In this document: one piece after another, positions 25,285 through 35,494 of the stretch | Layout: each line of letters opens with the position of its first letter | Position numbering within the stretch: the first letter of the stretch is position 1 | NCBI RefSeq assembly: GCF_046119375.1 | Contig: NW_027362764.1 | Coordinates: forward strand, 802,590,001-802,654,000 | Direction of reading: 5' to 3' | Length of the DNA stretch: 64,000 bases | Source: Phyllobates terribilis | Taxonomy: Eukaryota | Notes under the pieces: generated by a model | Databases searched by the model: none | What the model saw: only the letters and a program-made list of their open reading frames with translations | Told to the model about the DNA's origin: nothing | Position numbers and translations under genes: made by a program

Positions 25285-26064
25285 CCCGTCACTTCAAGAG
25301 CTGCTCCTCACCTGCCTCCTGTAGCTCCATGTCCCGTCACTGCAAGAGCTGCTCCTCACCTCCCTCCTGTAGCTCCATGTCCCGTCACTGCAAGAGCTGC
25401 TCCTCACCTGCCTCCTGTAGCTCCATGTCCCGTCACTGCAAGAGCTGCTCCTCACCTCCCTCCTGTAGCTCCATGTCCCGTCACTGCAAGAGCTGCTCCT
25501 CACCTGCCTCCTGTAGCTCCATGTCCCGTCACTACAAGAGCCGCTCCTCACCTTCCTCCTGTAGCTCCATGTCCCGTCACTACAAGAGCTGCTCCTCACC
25601 TGCCTCCTGCAGCTCCATGTTCAGTGACAAGAGCTGCTCCTCACCTGCCTCCTGTAGCTCCATGTCCAGTCACTACAAGAGCTGCTCCATGTCCCGTCAC
25701 TACAAGAGCTACTCCTCACCAGCCTCCTGTAGCTCCATGTCCCGTCACTACAAGAGCTGCTCCTCACCAGCCTCCTGTAGCTCCATGTCCCGTCACTACA
25801 AGAGCTGCTCCTCACCTGCCTCCTGTAGCTCCATGTCCTGTCACTACAAGAGCCTCTCCTCACCTGCCTCCTGTAGCTCCATGTCCCGTCGCTACAAGAG
25901 CTGCTCCTCACCTGCCTCCTGTAGCTCCATGTCCCGTCACTACAAGAGCCGCTCCTCCCCTGCCTCCTGTAGCTCCATGTCCCGTCACTACAAGAGCTGC
26001 TCCTCACCTGCCTCCTGTAGCTCCATGTCCCGTCACTACAAGAGCTGCTCCTCACCTGCCTCCT
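25285..26064 (+). repeat. 48-bp minisatellite containing the H2B HDE, ~16-17 units
   Basis: Unit CCCGTCACTACAAGAGCTGCTCCTCACCTGCCTCCTGTAGCTCCATGT. Confidence 0.95.
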
Positions 26065-26592
26065 GGCGGGTACGATGTGGAGAAGAATAACAGCCGCCTG
26101 AAGTTGGCCGTCAGGTCTCTGGTCACCAAGGGCGCCCTGCTGCAGGTGAAGGGCAGCGGCGCCTCCGGCTCCTTCAAGCTGAACAAGAAGCAGGAGACTA
26201 AGGACAAACCGGCCAAGAAGAAGCCGGCGGCTGCGGCCAAACCCAAGAAACCCGCAGCCAAGAAAGCGGCCAAATCCCCAAAGAAGCTCAAGAAGGCTCC
26301 GACCGCAGCTAAGAAAAGCCCGAAAAAAGCCAAGAAGCCCGCAGCAGCCGCGGCCAAGAAAGCGGCCAAATCCCCAAAGAAGCTCAAGAAGGCTCCGACC
26401 GCGGCCAAGAAAAGCCCGAAAAAGGTCAAGAAGCCCGCAGCAGCCGCAGCCAAGAGCCCCAAGAAGCCGAAGGCCGCTCCGAAGCCCAAGAAGATGACGA
26501 AGAGCACGGCTAAGAAGGCGGCCAAACCCAAAGCTGCCAAGAGTCCAGCTAAGAAGGCGACTAAAGCCAAGAAGCCCGCGGCTAAGAAATAA
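26065..26592 (+). pseudogene. H1: Histone H1 lacking promoter, ATG, N-tail and first part of the globular domain
   Basis: Starts at [27 protein letters not shown], followed by a K/A/P tail with SPKK motifs and a normal stop. Confidence 0.92.
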
Positions 26593-26622
26593 GCCAAAGC
26601 CGTCCTGTTATTACACCACAAA

Positions 26623-26638
26623 GGCTCTTATCAGAGCC
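26623..26638 (+). terminator. Histone 3' stem-loop (H1)
   Basis: GGCTCT-TATC-AGAGCC; AGAGCTGTA begins 16 nt downstream. Confidence 0.95.
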
Positions 26639-26640
26639 AC

Positions 26641-27122
26641 TACCTTGTCCCTGCAGAGCTGTATGATCAGTGCCACCACCTTGTTCCTGCAGAGCTGTAT
26701 GATCAGTGTCATCACCTTCTCCCTGCAGAGCTGTATGATCATTGTCACCGCCTTCTCCCTGCAGAGCTGTATGATCAGTGCCACCACCTTCTCCCCGCAG
26801 AGCTGTATGATCAGTGCCACCACCTTGTCCCTGCAGAGCTGTATGATCAGTGTCACCGCCTTCTCCCTGCAGAGCTGTATGATCAGTGCCACCACCTTGT
26901 CCCTGCAGAGCTGTATGATCAGTGCCATCACCTTGTCCCTGCAGAGCTGTATGACCAGTGTCACCACCTTGTCCCCTCAGAGCTGTATGATCAGTGCCAC
27001 CACCTTGTCTCCGCAGAGCTGTATGATCAGTGCCACCACCTTGTCTCCGCAGAGCTGTATGATCAGTGTCACCACCTTGTCTCCGCAGAGCTGTATGATC
27101 AGTGCCACCACCTTGTCCCTGC
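26641..27122 (+). repeat. 36-bp minisatellite containing the H1 HDE, 13 full units
   Basis: Unit TTGTCCCTGCAGAGCTGTATGATCAGTGCCACCACC. Confidence 0.95.
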
Positions 27123-27418
27123 TGTACAGCGCTGTATCTGCTGTGCAATCTCATATAATCGCCTTCCAGATAACAATGGAATCATTCACATTTGGAGAAA
27201 TAACTAAACCGAATCAATTTCTAAAACAGAAATGAGACCGAAGAATCAGATCTGAGGAGCAAAGGCTGAAATAAAAGTCACTGAGCTTCTATCAGAAATG
27301 AGCAGTACAGTATTAAAAGATCTGATCTGTGAAGAAGCCAGAAGCAGCCGAAGCTTTCTCACAACCTGCTATTTACCCTGTGAGAGACCCGGGCTGTGAA
27401 CAAGACACAGGAGCAGCC

Positions 27419-27512
27419 ACAGCTCTGATGTAGATGGGGTGGTGGCGGGAGCAGAAGCACTGAGGAGCAGATCACTTGGCGCTGCTCATCCTCCACACAA
27501 CCAAAGGCTCTT
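27419..27512 (-). pseudogene. Inverted remnant of an H2B 3' end with its stem-loop deleted
   Basis: Minus strand CAGCGCCAAGTGATCTGCTCCTCAGTGC matches 25218-25246. A plus-strand half stem-loop CAACCAAAGGCTCTT follows. Confidence 0.7.
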
Positions 27513-27657
27513 AAACTAATAATTATCTAAATTTATTAGTAATGTAAAAAAAGTGGCATTAAAACAAAATAGTAAAAAGTTAACAGCGAAGACTCAGGTG
27601 ATTGTGGCATATAGTCCACACAAATTAGGAGGGGGGCAAATAAAGTGTGAACACAAA

Positions 27658-27658
<1 letters not shown>

Positions 27659-27707
<49 letters not shown>
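27659..27707. repeat. (TA)n microsatellite
   Basis: Read directly. Confidence 0.98.
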
Positions 27708-27708
<1 letters not shown>

Positions 27709-28011
27709 TAGATGGTGGCCCGATTATAACGCATCGGGTATTCTAGAATATGTATGCAGCCGACCGGGCGCGACCAATCAGCGAACCGTGTTAGTGAGGA
27801 CCGGGGAGCGGCGCTGCCTGTGCGGGTATTTCCGCTGCGAGCAGCCGGTCATCTCCCGGCTACATCGCCGCTGGCCTCCATGCGGCAGATGAGCCGCTAA
27901 CGGCCGCCATCTTGTTCTGAAATCCTGCGTCGCTGATTGGCCGCGGCTGGACCAATCAGTGACGCGGGATTTCCTGGACAGACAGACGGGATAAGCCGAT
28001 TATATAGTAGA
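27708..28011 (-). mobile_element. Non-autonomous Helitron-like element
   Basis: Minus strand A|TC...CCCGAT-loop-ATCGGG hairpin...CTAG|T; no TSD. Confidence 0.6.
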
Positions 28012-28017
28012 TATATA

Positions 28018-29642
28018 CAGTACAGACCAAAAGTTTGGACACACCTTCTCATTTAAAGATTTTTCTGTATTTTCATGACTTTGAAAATTGTACATTCGCA
28101 CTGAAGGCATCAAAACTATGAATTACCACATGTGGAATTATATACTTAACAAAAAAGTGTGAAACAACTGAAAATATGTCTTATATTCTAGGTTCTTCAC
28201 AGTAGCCACCTTTTGCTTTGATGACTGCTTTGTACACTCTTGGCATTCTCTTGATGAGCTTCAAGAGGTAGTCACCGGAAATGGTCTTCCAACAATCTTG
28301 AAGGAGTTTCCAGAGATGCTTAGCACTTGTTGGCCCTTTTGCCTTCACTCTGCGGTCCAGCTCATCCCAAACCATCTCGATTGGGTTCAGGTCTGGTGAC
28401 TGTGGAGGCCAGGTCACCTGGCGTAGCACCCCATTACTCTCCTTCTTGGTCAAATAGCCCTTACACAGCCTGGAGGTGTGTTTGGGGTTATTGTCCTGTT
28501 GAAAAATAAATGATGGTCCAACTAAACGCAAACCGGATGGAATAGCATGCCGCTGCAAGATGCTGTGGTAGCCATGCTGGTTCAGTATGCCTTCAATTTT
28601 GAATAAATCCCCAACAGTGTAACCAGCAAAGCACCCCCACACCATCACACCTCCTCCTCCATGCTTCACGGTGGGAACCAGGCATGTAGAGTCCATCCGT
28701 TCACCTTTTCTGCGTCGCACAAAGACACGGTGGTTGGAACCAAAGATCTCAAATTTGGACTCATCAGACCAAAGCACAGATTTCCACTGGTCTAATGTCC
28801 ATTCCTTGTGTTCTTTAGCCCAAACAAGTCTCTTCTGCTTGTTGCCTGTCCTTAGCAGTGGTTTCCTAGCAGCTATTTTACCATGAAGGCCTGCTGCACA
28901 AAGTCTCCTCTTAACAGTTGTTGTAGAGATGTGTCTGCTGCTAGAACTCTGTGTGGCATTGACCTGGTCTCTAATCTGAGCTGCTGTTAACCTGTGATTT
29001 CTGAGGCTGGTGACTCGGATAAACTTATCCTCAGAAGCAGAGGTGACTCTTGGTCTTCCTTTACTGGGGCGGTCCTCATGTGAGCCAGTTTCTTTGTAGC
29101 GCTTGATGGTTTTTGCAACTGCACTTGGGGACACATTCAAAGTTTGCCCAATTTTTCGGACTGACCGACCTTCATTTCTTAAAGTAATGATGGCCACTCT
29201 TTTTTCTTTACTTAACTGCTTTTTTCTTGCCATAATACAAATTCTAACAGTCTATTCAGTAGGACTATCAGCTGTGTATCCACCAGACTTCTGCACAACA
29301 CAACTGATGGTCCCAACCCCATTTATAAAGCAAGAAATCCCACTTATTAAACCTGACAGGGCACACCTGTGAAGTGAAAACCATTTCCGGTGACTACCTC
29401 TTGAAGCTCATCAATGCCAAGAGTGTGCAAAGCAGTCATCAAAGCAAAAGGTGGCTACTTTGAAGAACCTAGAATATAAGACATATTTTCAGTTGTTTCA
29501 CACTTTTTTGTTAAGTATATAATTCCACATGTGTTAATTCATAGTTTTGATGCCTTCAGTGTGAATGTACAATTTTCAAAGTCATGAAAATACAGAAAAA
29601 TCTTTAAATGAGAAGGTGTGTCCAAACTTTTGGTCTGTACTG
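28018..29642 (-). mobile_element. Full-length Tc1-superfamily transposon (DD38E)
   Basis: TA flanks on both sides; ~265-bp TIRs (28018-28285 and 29380-29642) starting CAGTACAGACC. Confidence 0.95.
28181..29233 (-). CDS. Tc1-like transposase, intact 350 aa
   Basis: Paired-like HTH, GRPR, WSDES, QQDN..SPDLNPIE with 38 residues between the second D and E. Confidence 0.93.
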   Translation of the reverse strand: MARKKQLSKEKRVAIITLRNEGRSVRKIGQTLNVSPSAVAKTIKRYKETGSHEDRPSKGRPRVTSASEDKFIRVTSLRNHRLTAAQIRDQVNATQSSSSRHISTTTVKRRLCAAGLHGKIAARKPLLRTGNKQKRLVWAKEHKEWTLDQWKSVLWSDESKFEIFGSNHRVFVRRRKGERMDSTCLVPTVKHGGGGVMVWGCFAGYTVGDLFKIEGILNQHGYHSILQRHAIPSGLRLVGPSFIFQQDNNPKHTSRLCKGYLTKKESNGVLRQVTWPPQSPDLNPIEMVWDELDRRVKAKGPTSAKHLWKLLQDCWKTISGDYLLKLIKRMPRVYKAVIKAKGGYCEEPRI

Positions 29643-30009
29643 TATATAATCATCTTTAGTGTACATGGCAAAAGCACTGAGGTGTCCACGGGGGCTAAGC
29701 GCCAGAACTGGAACATCTAATGGATCACCATTTCTGGGGCAGCTCGTATTTTTAGGCTGGAAGGGGGCCAATATCCAGGGATCTTTTCAGCCTATTTATA
29801 CCAGCTCACAGTGGTCTGCTTTACCTTTGTAGGTTAACAAAAATGAGGGGGGCCGCATATAATTTTTTTAGGTTCGCTCCCACTTTTTATAACCAGCAAA
29901 GGTTAAGCAGACAGTTGGGGGACTATATTATCAGTCTGGGAAGGTCCATGGTTATCTTCCCATTCCCATCCTAAAAATACCAGCCCCCAGCTGTCTGCTT
30001 GACCCAATC

Positions 30010-32402
30010 CCATCCCACCTCATGCCTAACCTTACTATAGTCTTCATCTCAACCCTAATCCACCTCTTCAACCTGTCACTAACAACTGGTGTCTTCCCCT
30101 CATGCTTCAAACGTGCCTCAATCACACTTATCCTCAAAAAGCCCTCCCTTGACCCATCATCTCTGACTAGCTATTGCCCCATATCACTTCTCCCATATGC
30201 TTCAAAACTACTGGAACAACTGGACCTGTCAACTGTCTACAACACAGTAGACCATGCCCGCTTAATAGAGACTTGGCCCTATCTTGGATCTTCTCATACC
30301 TAACAGACAGGACATTCAGTGTCTTCCAATCACATACCATAGGGCCCCTTCTCTTCTCCATCTACACCTTTGACCTGAGACACTCTTAGAGTCTCGCGGT
30401 TTTCAGTATCACCTCTATGCTGATGACACACAGATCTACCTCTCTGGACCTGATATCTCCTCCCTACTAACCAAAATCCCACAATGTCTGTCTGCTATTT
30501 TATCCTTCTTCTCTGTGAGATTTCTAAAACTTAACATGGATAAAACTGAATTCATCACCTTTCCACCATCTCACTCAACCACCCCAACAGACCTATCCAT
30601 CAACGACAATGGCTGCTCACTCTCCCCAGACCCATGAGATCGCTGCCTCGGGGTGACCCTGGACTCTGATCTCAAGTTCAAACCACATATCCAAGCCCTT
30701 TCCACTTCCTGCCGACTCCAACTCAAAAATATCTCCCGGATCCGCACATTCCTCAACCACGAATCTGCAAAAACACTAGTGCACGCCCTCATCATCTCCC
30801 GCCTTGACTACTGCAACCTCCTGCTCTGTGGCCTCCCATCCAACACTCTTGCACCCCTCCAATCTATCCTAAACTCTGCTGCTCGACTAATCAACCTGTC
30901 CCCCCGCTATTCCCCGGCCCCTCCTCTCTGTCAATCTCTTCACTGACTCCCCATTGCCCAAAGTCTCCAGCTCAAAATCTTAACCACAGCATACAAAGCC
31001 ATCCACAACCTGTCTCCTCCATACATCTGTGACTTAGTCTCCCGATACTTACCTGCACGCAACCTCCGACCCTCACAAGATCTCCTTCTCTACTCCCCTC
31101 TAATCTCCTCCCACAATTACATACAAGATCTCTCCCGTGCATCCCCCCTCTACCCCAACATATCAGACCCTCACCTACCGTGGAAACCTATAAAAGGAAC
31201 CTGAAGACCCTCCTCTTCCGACAAGCCTACAACCTGCAGTAACCACCGCTCCACCATACCGCTGCACGACCAGCTCTACCCTCACCTACTGTATCCTCAC
31301 CCATCCCTTGTATATTGTGAGCCCTCGCGGGCAGGGTCCTCGCTCCACCATACCGCTGCACGACCAGCTCTACCCTCACCTACTGTATCCTCACCCATCC
31401 CTTGTAGACTGTGAGTCCTCGCGGGCAGGGTCCTCGCTCCACCATACCGCTGCACGACCAGCTCTACCCTCACCTACTGTATCCTCACCCATCCCCTGTA
31501 GACTGTGAGTCCTCGCGGGCAGGGTCCTCGCTCCACCATACCGCTGCACGACCAGCTCTACCCTCACCTACTGTATCCTCACCCATCCCCTGTAGACTGT
31601 GAGTCCTCGCGGGCAGGGTCCTCGCTCCACCATACCGCTGCACGACCAGCTCAGCCCTCACCTACTGTATCCTCACCCATCCCTTGTAGACTGTGAGTCC
31701 TCGCGGGCAGGGTCCTCGCTCCACCATACCGCTGCACAACCAGCTCTACCCTCACCTACTGTATCCTCACCCATCCCTTGTAGACTGTGAGTCCTCGCGG
31801 GCAGGGTCCTCGCTCCACCATACCGCTGCATGACCAGCTCTACCCTCACCTACTGTATCCTCACCCATCCCCTGTAGACTGTGAGTCCTCGCGGGCAGGG
31901 TCCTCGCTCCACTACACCGCTGCACGACCAGCTCTACCCTCACCTACTGTATCCTCACCCATCCCTTGTAGACTGTGAGTCCTCACGGGCAGGGTCCTCG
32001 CTCCACTACACCGCTGCACGACCAGCTCTACCCTCACCTACTGTATCCTCACCCATCCCTTGTAGACTGTGAGTCCTCACGGGCAGGGTCCTCTCTCCAC
32101 CATACCGCTGCACGACCAGCTCTACCCTCACCTACTGTATCCTCACCCATCCCTTGTAGACTGTGAGTCCTCACGGGCAGGGTCCTCGCTCCACCATACC
32201 GCTGCACGACCAGCTGTACCCTCACCTACTGTATCCTCACCCATCCCCTGTAGACTGTGAGCCCTCGCGGGCAGGGTCCTCGCTCCTCCTGGACCAGTCG
32301 CTGACTCGTTTTTGTTCAAGATTATTGTAAATGTTTCTGCTATTTATACCCCCTTTTTTCACATGTAAAGCGCCATGGAATAAATGGCGCTATAATAATA
32401 AA
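30010..32402 (+). mobile_element. L2 LINE, 5'-truncated and decayed
   Basis: RT remnants (HLYADDTQIY, LKNISRIRTFL, SRLDYCN); terminal GTAAAGCGCCATGGAATAAATGGCGCTATAATAATAA. Confidence 0.88.
31250..32290 (+). repeat. 94-bp tandem array from the L2 3' UTR, ~11 units
   Basis: ORF period 94; unit contains TAGACTGTGAG.CCTCGCGGGCAGGG. Confidence 0.93.
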
Positions 32403-33387
32403 ATAGTGATGTGTATCCCGACACCCCCATATAGTGCTGTATAGTGGAGAAGTTACTACAGGCGAGGAGTCTTGTTGATGAGCGGCTGCTGCTTCTTATC
32501 CTGAAGGATTTTTTCTGTTCAACATACTTTTAAAAAAACAGAAATGTTACAATGAGCGGGAAATTCTAAATCACTAACTGCTCTGTGACCGACCAATCAG
32601 AGAGAAGGAGATGAAGGTGAAATCCGGTAACATACACGCCCTGATCCGCGTCATCAGTCTCCTCTCTGGTCCGCACAGCCGGGTGCTCATCTGTCCTCTG
32701 CTCGGTGACTGCAGGGGATGTTCCGCCCGGTAGGACGATCGGGTGTGTATTTATCCCCAGAGCAAACGTCAGGCTCCGGTCACTGAGGAATAAGGAAATC
32801 ACCGATTATGGAGAACGGCGGCAAGAAATGGTTAACACTGGCGTCTCCTGTGGGCGGAGCCGTGACCTGATGCTCAATGATGATTGGCTGAACCCAGAAT
32901 TTGAACTTCCCGTTCACTCCTCCTCGCTTTGTCCTCATCCATGTAACACGCGGCGTCAGTGCTGCGGATCTCGGGCGATCTGCTCGTGTATAGTGATCAG
33001 CGGCCGATCTCACTCCACACAGGGGAGATCAGACACCAATCTGTACAGGGTCTTATGTCTCCAGATCCAGAATTCTCCCCTGATCACAGCGCAGACCCTC
33101 ACTGCACTTCATGCCTCATTCTGCAGCCAGTGATCCTGTCAGATCCTCAGCCCTCACAGCTGCGACATCGGTCACCGATCACTTACACATCCGCCGATCT
33201 GCTCATCACCGAGCACTCGCCCCTTCTCTCCCCGGTCACTGATGTGACGGATCCCGGGAGCTCAGGGTGGGGGCTTCTGTTTCTCTGTCCTGCAGATATT
33301 TCCCCTCATTCCCGCAATTATCAGAGCACAGGACACAACCCCCGGCCCCGCAGCAGGAATCACAGCTTCTCCACTGTACATGTGGGG

Positions 33388-33403
33388 GGCTCTGATAAGA
33401 GCC
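33388..33403 (-). terminator. Histone 3' stem-loop (H4)
   Basis: Minus strand GGCTCT-TATC-AGAGCC; GAGAAGCTGT downstream. Confidence 0.95.
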
Positions 33404-33435
33404 TTTGGGGGGTGAGAATGGAGCGGAGAACACAA

Positions 33436-33750
<315 letters not shown>

Positions 33751-33795
33751 TCAAGAAATCTTCCACCGACTGAGAGATCAGCGCTAAGTCCTCCA

Positions 33796-33895
33796 CTATA
33801 TAGAGAGTGAACGGACCATAGAGAGAACCGTACAGTGATGACGCCTCTGTGGGGCGTGTCGCACTATAGGCTCCTCCCTCACTATCACTGATTGG
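33796..33895 (-). promoter_or_regulatory. H4 promoter
   Basis: TATATA ~33797-33802, H4-type GGTCCG element 33812-33817, CCAAT ~33890. Confidence 0.75.
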
Positions 33896-34539
33896 CTGAT
33901 CACACGTCTGTATTTCCCCTTCTTTCTTTCTACTCAGTTATGTGTGATGAGTTGTGTAGTGATAATAACACATCCGGGCCTTGTGTATGATATCCGGACG
34001 TAGAGACTAGAAGGCGGAAGTGACTATAACTCCTATCCGGCAGACAAAGCGGGATTCCTGTCCTGTTAGTTACCTGCATTGAGCCGTTCTCTGTAGTGAC
34101 CACACGGGGGCGATATTACCACACATATTGACCGCACTGACTGACTCATTGCCCCCTAGTGGCAGATCTTAGTGCAGACACATGTATCATTATTGGTCCT
34201 TGTCTTATTTATGAGCAGTAATAATAATTACTAGTGTTGAGCGATACCTTCCGATATCGGGAAATATCGGATCGGATTGGATCGGACCGATACCGAAAAA
34301 GTATCGGATATCGCCGATTCCGATACCGGAAACCAATGCAAGTCAATGGGACATAAATATCGGAATTAAAATAAACCCTTTCTTTCCTTGTAGGTTATTT
34401 CTACATGAAGGAAAACAACTAAGAATAATGTAGAATGTATTGGGGGAGGTGGGGGAGACAATAAAGGCATAGAGGTTTAGCCCAATCAAATGGAATAGCA
34501 GGAATTAATATTTTTTTATTATGTTCTGAGTTACGGAAA

Positions 34540-35420
34540 TATTAACTATGTTAAGTATTTTTATATTTTGTCAGATATTTATGTTTCACTACTTCCATGC
34601 TCTTCACCTTCTTTTTTACTTCTCCCACACTTTCTCCTTCATCATCCTCAGCATCTTTTTCATCCACTTCTTCTTCACCTTCTTCTTCTTCACCTTCTTC
34701 GTATTATTCTTTTTTTTACATTCTTCATATTCTACTTCTTCATCTTCTTCTTCTTCATCATATTCTTATTTGTGACAGGCATTCCTGTAGTTGTTATCTA
34801 TAAAAGGTTGGACATTACACCTTTCGTTCTGCCCGTCACAAAAGATTTACAACAGGATTTGTCCGCGTTCAGTTTGGCCTGCAGCAGCAGGTCTTTTCCA
34901 GGGGCACCACGAGGAGGAACGGACTCACCCCCATACACTGCTTAGTCATCTTCTGCTTATAATTTAGATATTATCTTTTGCTCTGATTTTTAGTCTTATG
35001 CTTAATGTTCTTCCGCTTTTTGTTCTGCAGCTTCTTGTATTTCTGCTTCTTGGTTTTCTGTCTCTTGTTTTTCTGTATCTTGGTGCTTGTCTTCTCTTCT
35101 TTGTCTTCTTGGTCAACTTCTTCAGGGTCATCTTCTTGGTCTTCTTCGGGGTGGTCTTCAGGGTCGTCGTCTTCGGGGGTCCTCGTCTTCGGGGTCCTCG
35201 TCTTCTTCGGGTTGGTCTTCTGGGTCCTCGTCTTCGGGGTCCTCGTCTTCTTCGGGGTGGTCTTCAGGGTCCTCGTCTTCTTCGGGGTGGTCTTCAGGGT
35301 CCTCGTCTTCTTCGGGGTGGTCTTCAGGGTCCTCGTCTTCAGGGTCATTGTCTTCGGGGTCCTCGTCTTCTTAGGGTTGGTCTTCAGGGTCCTCGTCTTC
35401 AGGGTCCTCGTCAGGGAGAT
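34540..35420. repeat. Low-complexity CTT-rich tract and (GGGTCCTCGTCTTC)-type repeats
   Basis: Read directly; inside the hAT 3' region. Confidence 0.8.
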
Positions 35421-35494
35421 CCAGAGTGATTACCAAGAACCATTTCAAAAAGCTTGAACTTGGAAATGTAGCAGAAGGTACAAGAAAGCTGAGG

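Noticed and set aside
25329-26090. 253-aa Cys/Ser-rich ORF
   Set aside because: It is an alternative frame of the 48-bp repeat with no promoter; it ends out of frame in H1.
34548-35457. Acidic/basic ORFs as a second hAT gene
   Set aside because: Low-complexity repeat translations with no domain and no clear start.
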